A DNA stretch of 64,000 nt from Vulcanimicrobiota bacterium. GTDB taxonomy: Bacteria > Vulcanimicrobiota > Vulcanimicrobiia > Eremiobacterales > Eremiobacteraceae. Of the stretch, positions 8,751-18,595 are shown piece by piece. Every line of letters starts with the position of its first letter. The first letter of the stretch is position 1. Both the position numbers and the translations under genes were made by a program. The notes under the pieces were generated by a model. That model did not search any database. It saw only the letters and a list, made by a program, of their open reading frames with translations, and was not told where the DNA came from. Location: positions 7,319-71,318 of the forward strand of contig CAWDVP010000008.1 of assembly GCA_963805945.1 (NCBI GenBank). Reading direction: 5' to 3'.

Positions 8751-10172
8751 TTAAGTCCCGGGACGCACGATCTTCAGGAAATTGGTCTTGCCGCGCACGC
8801 CCATCGGCGTGCCGCCGACGATGACGACCGCCTCGCCCGGCGCGACCTCGCCGCCGCGCAGCAATTCGGCCTCGACGACCGCGATGAGCGCTTCCGTGTC
8901 CGCCGCGAAGTTGATGACCCGCGGCGCGACGCCCCAATCCAGCGTCAGGCGGCGGCCGATGGCTTCGTCGGCGACGAACGCGTAGATCGGCACGCGCGGC
9001 CGGTCCTTGCTCACGATGCGCGCGGAGAAGCCTGAACGGGTGAACGCGGCGATGCAGCGCACGTCGATGCTCTCGGTGATGCTGCAGGCGGCGTGCGAGA
9101 TCGCGTGCGAATCGCTCTCGACGCGCAAGCTACGCCGCACGCGCGGCGGGAAGAACTCCTCCGTCTCGAGCGCGATGCGCACCATGGTCTCCACCGCCTC
9201 CGCCGGGAACTCGCCCGCGGCCGTCTCGCCCGACAGCATGATGCCGTCGGTGCCGTCGATGATGGCGTTGGCGACATCCGATGCCTCGGCGCGGGTCGGC
9301 CGCGGCGCGTGGATCATCGACTCGAGCATTTGCGTCGCGGTGATCACCGGTTTGAGCAGCGCGCCGGCGCGTTTGATGATCATCTTCTGCAGGATGGGCA
9401 CCCGCTCGGGCATCATCTCGACGCCGAGATCGCCGCGCGCCACCATGACGGCGTCGGCTGCGTTGATGATGTCGTCGAGGTGCTCGATCGCCTCCGGCTT
9501 CTCGATCTTCGCGATGACGGGCGTATCCCCGCCGGCCGCCGCGACCGCCGCCTTGGCTTCGACGACGTCGTTCGGATGCCGCACGAACGACAGCGCGAGG
9601 AAATCCACGCCGGCGCGCACCGCGTGCTCCAGATCGACTCTGTCCTTCTGCGTCAGCGCGGGCGACGAGACCGCGACGCCGGGCAGGTTCATGCCGGCGT
9701 GTTCGGAGAGCATGCCGCCGTGGACCACGATGCAGCGCACGACGTCCCCCGACACCGCCTCGACGCGCAGCTCGACCGCGCCGTCGGAGAGCAGGATGCG
9801 GTCGCCAGGCTTCACATCGCGCGGCAGCGCCGCGTAACCGGTGCCGAGGCGTTCGCTCGAACCTTCGATGGGCTGGGTAGTGATCTCGACGCGCGCGCCG
9901 TCAACCAATCGCACCGGTTCGTGACCGGCGAGCGTGCCGACGCGCAGCTTCGGACCTTGCAGGTCGGCGAGCATACCCACCGTGCGCCCGCGCGCCGCGG
10001 CGGCCGCACGGACCAGCGCCAGCCATTCGTCGAGTTCGCCGAGCGTCGCGTGCGAGAGGTTGACGCGGAACACGTCGATGCCGGCATCCACGAGCTTATC
10101 GAGCACGCCGGGCCGCCGGCAGCTCGGCCCAAGCGTGGCGACGATCTTGGTGCGGCGCAAACGCTCGGTCAT
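8751..10172 (-). CDS. pyk: pyruvate kinase
   Basis: RRTKIVATLGPS and full-length PK-type sequence. ATG 10172 overlaps the purN stop as ATGA (the ORF extends to 10190). Confidence 0.92.
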   Translation of the reverse strand: MTERLRRTKIVATLGPSCRRPGVLDKLVDAGIDVFRVNLSHATLGELDEWLALVRAAAAARGRTVGMLADLQGPKLRVGTLAGHEPVRLVDGARVEITTQPIEGSSERLGTGYAALPRDVKPGDRILLSDGAVELRVEAVSGDVVRCIVVHGGMLSEHAGMNLPGVAVSSPALTQKDRVDLEHAVRAGVDFLALSFVRHPNDVVEAKAAVAAAGGDTPVIAKIEKPEAIEHLDDIINAADAVMVARGDLGVEMMPERVPILQKMIIKRAGALLKPVITATQMLESMIHAPRPTRAEASDVANAIIDGTDGIMLSGETAAGEFPAEAVETMVRIALETEEFFPPRVRRSLRVESDSHAISHAACSITESIDVRCIAAFTRSGFSARIVSKDRPRVPIYAFVADEAIGRRLTLDWGVAPRVINFAADTEALIAVVEAELLRGGEVAPGEAVVIVGGTPMGVRGKTNFLKIVRPGT

Positions 10173-10801
10173 CGCTGGCGCTTCAGCCACGCGTTGATCC
10201 CTTCGCGCACGACGCGTTGTTCGACCGGGTGCAGCCGCGCGAGCGCGGCGGCGACGTCATCGCCGGGCTGCAGCGCGAACGGTTCGCGCGCGAGCACGGG
10301 GCCGCGATCGATCGCAGGCGTGATCTCGATGAGCGACGCGCCGGTCGTGCGCGCGCCGGCTGCCAGCGCATCGCGTAACGCGTGCGCACCGCGGAAGACC
10401 GGCGAGACGATGCCGTCGGGCAAGGTGACCTCATCTGCCGCCGGGTCGTCGGGCAGAAAGGCCGGATGGAGATTGAGCACGCCCGCGAAACCGGCGGCCA
10501 AGAACTCCGGCGCGAGCACGTGCATCCAGCCGAGCAGCAGCACGAGCTGCGCGCCGGAACTTCGTACTGCGGCCGCGAGGCGATGCGCGTATGCAGCGCG
10601 AGATTCCGTATCGCGCGCGTACGGCATCACCAGAACCGGCACGCCTGCGCGGCGCGCCCGCTCGAGCGCGAAGGCATCGGGGTTGTTCGACACGACGAGC
10701 CGCACGTCAAGCGCCAGCGCGCCGCTTTTCGCGTCGTCGAGCACCGCCTGGAGATTCGTGCCGTTGCCGGAGGCGAACACCGCCGTCGGAAACGGTTTCA
10801 A
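10169..10801 (-). CDS. purN: phosphoribosylglycinamide formyltransferase
   Basis: FASGNGTNLQAVLD, LLLGWMHVL and NLHPAFLP. TTG 10801 overlaps the purM stop (TTGA). The upstream part of ORF 10169-10915 is out-of-frame purM sequence. Confidence 0.88.
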   Translation of the reverse strand: MKPFPTAVFASGNGTNLQAVLDDAKSGALALDVRLVVSNNPDAFALERARRAGVPVLVMPYARDTESRAAYAHRLAAAVRSSGAQLVLLLGWMHVLAPEFLAAGFAGVLNLHPAFLPDDPAADEVTLPDGIVSPVFRGAHALRDALAAGARTTGASLIEITPAIDRGPVLAREPFALQPGDDVAAALARLHPVEQRVVREGINAWLKRQR

Positions 10802-11806
10802 GAGAGGATGACGGAGGGGCCGCACGGATGCAGCGGCTCGATGTCGCCGATCTCGATCGCGCCGCGCATCGCGGCGATCGCCTTGTCCGCGTCCGCCGGC
10901 GCCACGATCGCGCAAAAACCGATGCCCATGTTGAAGGTCCGGAAGGCGACGTCGCGCTCGAGCGCGGCCTCGCGCGCGACGAGCGCCACGATGTCGGGGA
11001 CGGCCCAGCGCTGCGGATGCAGGCGCGCGGCGACGCCGGCGGGCAGCGCCCGCGGCAGGTTATCGAGCAGTCCGCCGCCGGTGATGTGCGCCATCGCCTT
11101 CACCGCGACGCCGGCGGCCTGCGCCGCTCGGATCGGCGCCGAGATAGCTCGGATGGACCGCCAGGAGCGCGTCGGCGATCGTCGCCGCGCCGAGGCGTTC
11201 GCTCCAGCGCGCCGCCGGCAACGTGTGCCGCACGAGTGAATACCCGTTCGTGTGGAATCCGTTGGAGGGCAGGCCGATGATGCGGTCGCCGACCGCGACC
11301 CGCGTCACGTCGATGAGCATGTCGCGCTCGACCGCGCCGACGATCGTGCCCGCGAGATCGAAATGCGCGGGCTGATACAACCCCGGCATCTCCGCAGTCT
11401 CGCCACCGAGCAGCGCCATGCCGTTCTCGGCGCACGCCGAGCCGATGCCGCCGACGATCGCCGCCGCCATCGCTGGGTCCAGCGTCCCGACCGCGAGGTA
11501 GTCCAAGAAGAACAACGGGCCTGCGTTGAGGCACAGGATATCATTGATGCAGTGGTTGACGAGGTCGCGGCCGATGGTGTCGTAGCGCCGCAGCTCGGCG
11601 GCGACCAGCAGCTTCGTGCCCACGCCGTCCGTGCTGGCGACGAGCACCGGCTCGCGGAAGCCGCTCAGCGCGAAGCAGCCGCCGAAACCCCCGATGCCAT
11701 CGAGCACGCGGGGATCCCTGCGCTTCGGCAGCACGTCCCGGTAACGGGCCACGGCTTCGTTGCCCGCATCGATGTTGACACCTGCTCGAGCGTATGCGTC
11801 GGTCAC
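10798..11806 (-). CDS. purM: phosphoribosylformylglycinamidine cyclo-ligase (AIR synthetase); one frame break ~11135
   Basis: VASTDGVGTKLLVA and GGETAEMPG (ORF 11060-11806) continue as VKAMAHITGGGLLDN (ORF 10798-11103). The break can be repaired by removing 1 nt in GGCGCCGATCC. Confidence 0.9.
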
Positions 11807-11945
11807 TGGGCATTCGTTTCGCGTGGAGTCGGCCAGCCCCTATGCGCTGTGTTTCCCAGGGCGCCCCGCAGGCCGCGTCGAACGCCAATCCGTTCCGACG
11901 CTGATCGCAATCCCCGCCTCTTTATGATGAAAGGCTCGCTTCCGA

Positions 11946-13552
11946 ATGAAAATCCACGCTTCTGCGGAGAGCCCGCTGCGCGCCACCACCGATGCGCTCG
12001 TCGTGCCGGTGTTCTCAGACGGCGACGTCCCCGATGCGGTCGTGAAGATCGACAAACCGCTCGGCGGCATCCTCAAGCAGATGTGGCACAGCCACGAGAT
12101 CCAGGGACGCGTGGACGAACTGCACGTCATCCCGACCGGCGCCAAGTCGCGCGCCAAGCGCATCGTCGTCGTCGGGCTCGGCCCGGCAGCGAACCGCCGC
12201 GCCGCATCCATGTCGCGTCTCGCGGGCGTGGCCGTCCGCGCGGCACAGCGCCGCGGGCTGCGATCGGTGGCGGTGATCATGCCAGATCTTCCTGGCGTGG
12301 ACCTGGCCGACGCAGGCGAGCTGTTCGCCGAGGGCGCGCTCATGGCGACCTTCAACGCTTCGCCCTACCGGACGAAGAACGAGACGCCGAGGACCGAAGT
12401 CACCTCGGTCACCCTGATCGCTCCCGACGAAGCGACCGCGCGCGGCCTCAAGGCGGGCTTCGCGCGCGGCAGCGTGCTCGGCGAAGCGGCCAACGTGACG
12501 CGCGAGATGGTCAACCTGCCCTCCAACGACATGACGCCCAGTCACATCGCCGAGCGGGCGACAGAGATCGCCAAGCGCTACAAGCTCAAGCTGACCGTGC
12601 TCGACCGCCCGCAGATGAAGAAACTCGGCATGGGCTCGTTCCTCTCGGTCGCGGCCGGCAGCGACGAACCGCCGAAGATCATCGCGCTCGAATATGCGGG
12701 TGACAAGTCTTCTAAGGTGACGCTCGGCCTCGTCGGCAAGGGCATCACCTTCGACACCGGCGGCATCTCGCTCAAACCGGCGCTCGACATGGACGCCATG
12801 AAGGGCGATATGGCGGGCGGCGCCACCGTGATCGGCGCGATGGCCGCCATCGCGCAATTGAAGCCGAAGATCAACGTGGTCGGCATCGTCTGCGCGACCG
12901 AAAACATGCCGTCCGGCAAGGCCACCAAACCCGGCGACGTCGTCCGGGCCATGAACGGCAAGACGATCGAGGTCATCAACACCGACGCGGAAGGCCGGCT
13001 CGTGCTTGCGGACGGGCTGTGCTTCGCGCGCAAGCTCGGCGCGACGCATCTCGTCGACATCGCGACCCTCACGGGCGCGGTCGTCGTCGCGCTCGGCAAC
13101 CTCACGACCGGGGTGATGAGCAACGATCGCGAGCTGGTGGACCTCTTCAACACGCCAGCGCGCCGTATGGCGAGCGCTATTGGGAGCTGCCGCTCTTCCC
13201 CGAATACGCGGAGCTGATCAAGAGCCCGATCGCCGACATGAAGAACAGCGGCGGACGCCAGGCGGGCACGATCTTCGGCGCGATGTTCCTCAAAGAGTTC
13301 GTCGGCGATACGCCCTGGATCCACCTGGATATCGCGGGGACGTCGTGGACGGACCGCGATCAGGGCGCGGTGGTCAAAGGTCCGACCGCGACCGGTCTGC
13401 GCCCCATGGTGCGGCTCGCGGAGATGCTCGAGGACCACGCGGTGCACGGCCGCGCAGATGAAGCGGCGTTCCGGCGCCTCGGCGCAGACCCGGGCAAGGC
13501 GGCGCACCAGGGCAACGGCAAGTCGAGCGGGGTGCGCGGGCGCAAACGCTGA
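11946..13552 (+). CDS. pepA: leucyl aminopeptidase, peptidase family M17; one frame break ~13155
   Basis: [16 protein letters not shown] and [12 protein letters not shown] (ORF 11946-13217) continue as [22 protein letters not shown] in ORF 13019-13552. Confidence 0.9.
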
Positions 13553-13566
13553 CCGTTCTCAGGAAT

Positions 13567-13593
13567 GGAGCGGTCGAATTTATTCGACCGCTC
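13567..13593. repeat. single REP-like hairpin, subfamily B
   Basis: GGAGCGGTCGAA-TTTA-TTCGACCGCTC with an 11-bp perfect stem, 15 nt after the pepA stop. Could also act as its terminator. Confidence 0.85.
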
Positions 13594-13675
13594 GCTTGTT
13601 AGCCTGAGATTAAGCATTGCTTGGAAACATCTGAGACTCAGCGACCTTTCATAGATCTCTTGGTAGTATCTGCAC

Positions 13676-16600
13676 ATGGGTTCTCACCGGTTGGGTAAGG
13701 GCGCGGTCTTCGCGAGCGCAATCCTCGCGGCGGCCGCGCTGCTCTTCTCCGCCATCCCGGCCTCGGCCGACGACACCGGCAACATCATCATCACGGTGAC
13801 GGATGCCGCGACGCATGCGCCGCTCGGACTCGCCCGCGTGCTGCTCGACGGCCCCGTCATCACCAACGAGCTGTCCGGCCAGGACGGCAAGGTCTCGTTC
13901 ACCGACGTGCCGAGCGGCATCTACCGAGCGCGCGTGGGCAAAAACGGCTATAGCCAGGTGACGTCCGCGCAGTTCGAGGTGCTCGAGGGGCGGCAGGTGA
14001 CGGTGACGGTCGAACTCGTCAAGCCCGCGGTCAAGACCATCGGCAGCATCACTGTGCGCTCTTCGGCGACCATCAGCGAGAGCAGCGTCAACGACAGCAC
14101 CGCTGTCCGCAAGCTCTCGGACACGCTCGCCGACGCGCTCGGAAAGCTCTCCGGCGTCAGCGTCGCCACCGACCCGAGCGGCTCGAGCGACAGCCAGGTG
14201 ACGATCTCGCTCGAGGGCCACGATCCCTCGCAGACGAGCCTCACGCTCGACGGCGTGCCGCTCAACGCGCCGGGAGTGGCCGGCGATCTCCAGTCCATCA
14301 ACACCGATCTCTTCAGCGCGGGCTCCGCCAACTTCGGGCCTAACGCGGGCTCGCTCGGCGGCTCCGTCAATTTCACCTCGATCCAGCCCACGCTGAGCTG
14401 GCAAGGCAAGTTCACCACCTCCGTCGGTTCGTTCGGCAAAGCGGCGACGATCGTGTCCGCGTCCGGCACCGCCGGAGCGGTGGGCATCGCCTTCACGCAC
14501 TCGATCCGCGGCGGCGACAACCCGATCACCGGCCTGGAATACCTCGACACGAGCGGTTTGGACTACATCCATAACGGCGCCGCGCAATCCGGCGGCGACC
14601 TCTTCAAGATCCGCACGCCCCTCGGCGCCGATCAGACGCTTTCGGCGACGTACGTCTCGACCAACAACTACAACAACCTGGTGTGCACGCTGTTCACGGG
14701 CCCGCTGCCCTGCGGCTACGGTCCCGGTAACTACAGCGATCGGCATTACTCCCTCGCGACGCTCACCGACACGGCGCTCGCCGGCATGGTCGCGCTGCAG
14801 TTCTCGCTCTTCGGCGGCACGTCGACCTTCAATCGCGACCTGCTCGACCGTTACGTCGCAGGCATCCCCGCACCGTTCGGCACGGTGAGCGACAGCCGGA
14901 CGAGCGGGGCGTCGCTGAACGCGACCCTACCGTCGCGCGAGCGTCACACCATCTCGTTCCAGGCGACGACGACCGATGCCAAGCTCACGACGATCGGGGT
15001 GATCTCGACGAGCTCGCCGTTCTCGAACTCGTCGAGCACGTCGAACTACAGCACGATCTCGATGAGCGACAAGATCCATTCGAGCAGCACGCTGACGCTC
15101 GGCGCCCGCCTCGGTATGAGCTTCTCGCCGCAGACCTCGAACTCGGTGATCGGCGGCGCGAGCGCCGTCTACACTCCGACCGCGTGGGATTCCGTGACCG
15201 GCAGCGTCGATATCGGCGGCGCCGGGGTGGGTCTCTCGCGCATCTTCCCGCTCAGCGATCCCGCGTCGCTGCGCTTCGACTGCAACGCCGGCAACGGCTA
15301 CGGCGCGGGGCCGGGCGACTCGCCGGGGCCGACGAGTTCGACCTCGGAGCGGCTGACGTGGCAGCACCGCTTCAAGACGGGTCAGTTCTCGGCACAGCTC
15401 TACAGCCAAGTGCAGAACGACGTGCTGCTAAACACCTACGTCAACGGCTCGGTGCTGCCGCCGGGCTACTTGCCGCCCGGCTATCTCGCCGCCGCGCAGC
15501 TCGTCTATCAGTCCAGCGGCGGCTGCGGCACCGCGCTGCCGTTCGGGCCGACGAATCTCTACATCAATCAGCCGGTGGCGAACGTGCAGCGGCTCTACCA
15601 AGGCCTGCAGTTGACGGGCGGTTTCCGCGTCGGCAACGGCTTGGCGGTCGAACCGTACTACGACATCCAGAAAGCCGTCGCCAACACGAGCGACCCGCGG
15701 CTGACCGATCCATATTCGTTCGTGATCTCCGGCGCGCAGAGCGCGGGCGTGCCGCTTCAGCGCGGCGGCCTGACGCTCGACTACAAGGCGCCGCACTCGG
15801 CGATCGAGTGGCTCGCCAACGGGACCTACGTCTCGGGTAACAACGCGCAGAATCTGCCCGGATATGTCACCGCCGACGCGGGCGTCGCGATCAACTTCAA
15901 CAAGGGCACGCTGACCCTGGCGGGGACGAATCTGTTCAACAAGTACGGCTACTACTTCGCCTCGCCGGCCAATGCCGTGCCGCAGGAGACGGTAGGCGGC
16001 GAGCTGGTGCCAACGGTGGCGCGCCCGCTGTCACCGCGACAATACTCAGTCACGTACACCGTGAGGTTCGGCAACGTGCGGCAGAGCAGCTACACGCCGC
16101 CGCTGCTCGCCGATGCCGGCGCAGGGCCGAGCGGAACGCGCGGAGGCGGCGGACCGAATGGGGTTCCGGGCGGCGGGTTCGCGGCGCTACCGCCTTTGGC
16201 GAATACACCGCCGGAGCATCCACTGGATCCGGACACCACGCGCCAAGCCTGCACCGCCGACGCGGCGAAAAGCGTGAAGCCTTTCCTCGAACAGGTCAAG
16301 GCATACGTCGCGGCCGTCGAGGCCGCCAAGGGCGCGGATGGCTACCCTGCGTCTGCTCCCGCCAACGCGCCGGCGGTCGACGGCGTCAACATCGCCTACC
16401 ATAAGACGCCGACGTCGTTCGCGCTCGTCTTCACGCCGACGAAGGCGGGTTCGCTCCGCAACTTCCTCGCCTGCGTGTCGCTGCACCTCGGCACGGCGGA
16501 CGAGGCGAAGGCGCTCGGCCTGTACGTCCCGCCGACGAGCGCGTTCAGCCGCTTGCCGCTCGTCTACTCGCCGGAAGGCGGGCTCTACGTGGTGCGGCAG

Positions 16601-17032
16601 CCGCAGGTGGCGGGCAGAGAGCAGTTCCGGCTCTACAAACTGCCGACGACGCCGCCAGCGCAGCCGTTTGCGTTGGCATCAGGCACGTCGTGCACCGATG
16701 AGCTGAAACCGGCCGCGCAGACGCTGCTCGGCGCGTTGCAGACGTACTTCACCGGCTTCGATCCGGCGAGCCCGCCTGCGGCGCCGCCGGCCGGCTGGAC
16801 CGTCACGACGCACAAGACCGCTGCCGGATACTGGAGCGAGTTGCAGCTCGACGACATCTCGCGCATCCCAGCCGTGCTGAACTGCGGTCATGTCGCGACC
16901 GGCACGCCGGACGAGGTCAAGGCCGCCAAGCTCGACGGCGCGCGGCCGCCGACGCTGAACTACAGCCCGAAGTTCGGGATCTATCTCATCCGACCGGCGG
17001 ACCAGGGCACGGGCACCCCGCGACCGCAATAG
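13676..17032 (+). CDS. TonB-dependent-receptor-like outer-membrane protein with N-terminal carboxypeptidase-regulatory-like domain and a ~345-aa C-terminal extension
   Basis: Signal peptide, then CarboxypepD_reg-like IIITVTDAATHAPL..GIYRARVGKNGY. Plug-like LSGVSVA..LEGHDPSQTSLTLDGVPLN, then a long barrel region ending YSVTYTVRFG (~aa 800). After that come a Gly/Pro linker and two related Cys-containing ~140-aa modules. Confidence 0.8.
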   Translation: MGSHRLGKGAVFASAILAAAALLFSAIPASADDTGNIIITVTDAATHAPLGLARVLLDGPVITNELSGQDGKVSFTDVPSGIYRARVGKNGYSQVTSAQFEVLEGRQVTVTVELVKPAVKTIGSITVRSSATISESSVNDSTAVRKLSDTLADALGKLSGVSVATDPSGSSDSQVTISLEGHDPSQTSLTLDGVPLNAPGVAGDLQSINTDLFSAGSANFGPNAGSLGGSVNFTSIQPTLSWQGKFTTSVGSFGKAATIVSASGTAGAVGIAFTHSIRGGDNPITGLEYLDTSGLDYIHNGAAQSGGDLFKIRTPLGADQTLSATYVSTNNYNNLVCTLFTGPLPCGYGPGNYSDRHYSLATLTDTALAGMVALQFSLFGGTSTFNRDLLDRYVAGIPAPFGTVSDSRTSGASLNATLPSRERHTISFQATTTDAKLTTIGVISTSSPFSNSSSTSNYSTISMSDKIHSSSTLTLGARLGMSFSPQTSNSVIGGASAVYTPTAWDSVTGSVDIGGAGVGLSRIFPLSDPASLRFDCNAGNGYGAGPGDSPGPTSSTSERLTWQHRFKTGQFSAQLYSQVQNDVLLNTYVNGSVLPPGYLPPGYLAAAQLVYQSSGGCGTALPFGPTNLYINQPVANVQRLYQGLQLTGGFRVGNGLAVEPYYDIQKAVANTSDPRLTDPYSFVISGAQSAGVPLQRGGLTLDYKAPHSAIEWLANGTYVSGNNAQNLPGYVTADAGVAINFNKGTLTLAGTNLFNKYGYYFASPANAVPQETVGGELVPTVARPLSPRQYSVTYTVRFGNVRQSSYTPPLLADAGAGPSGTRGGGGPNGVPGGGFAALPPLANTPPEHPLDPDTTRQACTADAAKSVKPFLEQVKAYVAAVEAAKGADGYPASAPANAPAVDGVNIAYHKTPTSFALVFTPTKAGSLRNFLACVSLHLGTADEAKALGLYVPPTSAFSRLPLVYSPEGGLYVVRQPQVAGREQFRLYKLPTTPPAQPFALASGTSCTDELKPAAQTLLGALQTYFTGFDPASPPAAPPAGWTVTTHKTAAGYWSELQLDDISRIPAVLNCGHVATGTPDEVKAAKLDGARPPTLNYSPKFGIYLIRPADQGTGTPRPQ

Positions 17033-17038
17033 CTGGAG

Positions 17039-18043
17039 CTACCACACGCGCCGACGGAGCGGCCCGGCGGACGCCTCAACGGGCTCGTCGAGCTGCGCGG
17101 TGATCAGATAGCTGCCTGGCCCCTGCCCGCGCACGGTGCGCCGCACGTGCGCCGTGCCGTCGGGCTGCACGTCGGCGGGCATGATCGTGACCGTCTGCGG
17201 TGATCCCCCTGAAAGCGTCACGACCTCGGGCGTCTGATCGGTCAGCGTGAGGCTGATGGGCGCGGTGAGTTTGGCAAGTCCGCCGACGGTGAGCGTCACG
17301 GTGGCTTCTTCAGCGCCATGGAGCGCGAGATTCGTCGTCGTGAGCTTCACCGTCACGCAGCGCATCCGCCTGCTGGCAGTCACGCCGCGATCGACGATCG
17401 TGAGTTGCGCCACGCCGCTCACATTGCTGGGCAGGGCGCCGACGAACTGGCGCGGACTTTCGGCGAGCACCTCCACCGGCTGACCGCCGAGCGTCGCCGA
17501 CGTGCTGCCGGCATCGCCGCCGAACGGCCCGAAGATCTGGATCGGCCGCCCTGCTTGCGCGATGTGCGGGAGCAGGTAGTCGGCTGCGCGCGCTGCGCCG
17601 CTGAACGGCGCGCCGGCCCGCGGGGATATCGGCACTGATGTCTGGCCTACGCTTTGACCTGCGGCGGAGCGGAGCACCAGATTCGCCGCCGTCACGCCCG
17701 CGGGCACGATCCACCTGAAACTGCGATCGCTCGCCTTCACTTGCTGACCGCCGACCTCGACGACCGTGCCATGCAGCTCATCCGCGTTGCGCCGTTGCTC
17801 GTCGCTCGTCGCGCCGGCAGGGACGACGACCACCGTGCCGGTGATCGTGTCGCCGGCAGCCATATCATCTGGCAGGGTGACGGTGACCGTGCCTTGGGTC
17901 GTGCTGAAGACCGCGGCTGCAAGACCGTGGCCGGTATCCAGCGCGGGTGGAGGCGGCGTTCCAGTGACCGCGGCCGACGTCGCGCCTGCGATACCCACCA
18001 GGAGAACGCACAAAAGGGAAGCGCTGATGAATATGCGTTTCAC
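17039..18043 (-). CDS. secreted hypothetical protein (IPT/TIG-like segment)
   Basis: GTG 18043 is preceded by AAGGGGG at 6 nt. Signal peptide VKRIFISASLLCVLLVGIAGATSA. Contains GRPIQIFGPFGG..LGGQPVEVL..LTIVDRG. ORF 17039-18175. Confidence 0.65.
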   Translation of the reverse strand: MKRIFISASLLCVLLVGIAGATSAAVTGTPPPPALDTGHGLAAAVFSTTQGTVTVTLPDDMAAGDTITGTVVVVPAGATSDEQRRNADELHGTVVEVGGQQVKASDRSFRWIVPAGVTAANLVLRSAAGQSVGQTSVPISPRAGAPFSGAARAADYLLPHIAQAGRPIQIFGPFGGDAGSTSATLGGQPVEVLAESPRQFVGALPSNVSGVAQLTIVDRGVTASRRMRCVTVKLTTTNLALHGAEEATVTLTVGGLAKLTAPISLTLTDQTPEVVTLSGGSPQTVTIMPADVQPDGTAHVRRTVRGQGPGSYLITAQLDEPVEASAGPLRRRVW

Positions 18044-18057
18044 GGTAGCCCCCTTGA

Positions 18058-18082
18058 CGGTCGAACGAATTCGACCGCTACA
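18058..18082. repeat. single REP-like hairpin, subfamily B, spanning the whole 34-nt intergenic gap
   Basis: Minus-strand reading is TGTAGCGGTCGAA-TTCG-TTCGACCG. Its TAG is the stop codon of the TPR gene (18078-18080). Confidence 0.8.
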
Positions 18083-18581
18083 ATTTTTGCGCCTCCGTGA
18101 GTTCTTGCGCATAGCGAGCGACGGACCTGTTGTAACGCGGCAGATATTCCGAAAGGGCGGTAAGGGCGACGGCAACGGCTTCGCGCTCGCGCCCTATATC
18201 CACAAGCGCAAGCGCCAAGAAGGCTCGAACCGCGCCATTTAACGCGTCGGTTGCGACCTCTAGCTCGGCCGTTAGCAACGCCGCCGCTTCTCGAGGCTTT
18301 CCGAGATTCCGAAGCGAGCTGGCCATCTGGATGACTGCGCACCGACGACGCTCGCCCACCAAGCCCCCGTCAAGTGCGGCCTTGTATAGCGGTACCGCGA
18401 GATCGGGTTGACCGGTGGAATCGCGCGCTCCGGCACGCTCGAAGAACCCGATAGCGCTTCCCGGCGGCAACTCGGCGGCCAAAGCGTCGACCAGAGCCAC
18501 GAACTCTTTCTCGTCGTGGTCGTCGATCGCGCTCCACAGGTCTGAGATCCGCTGCTCCCACGCTGCATCGGCGTCAGTCAC
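18078..18581 (-). CDS. tetratricopeptide-repeat-like small protein
   Basis: 167-aa helical-repeat ORF (..AVPLYKAALDGGL..MASSLRNLGKPREAAALL..) starting 15 nt downstream of the purF stop. Confidence 0.6.
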   Translation of the reverse strand: MTDADAAWEQRISDLWSAIDDHDEKEFVALVDALAAELPPGSAIGFFERAGARDSTGQPDLAVPLYKAALDGGLVGERRRCAVIQMASSLRNLGKPREAAALLTAELEVATDALNGAVRAFLALALVDIGREREAVAVALTALSEYLPRYNRSVARYAQELTEAQKL

Positions 18582-18595
18582 AGATCAGAGGTCCC

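Noticed and set aside
13594-13675. Small RNA or tRNA in the AT-richer spacer upstream of the TonB-like gene
   Set aside because: There is no cloverleaf-compatible structure. It holds only a short palindrome (CTGAGACTCAG) and promoter-like hexamers that I cannot position confidently.
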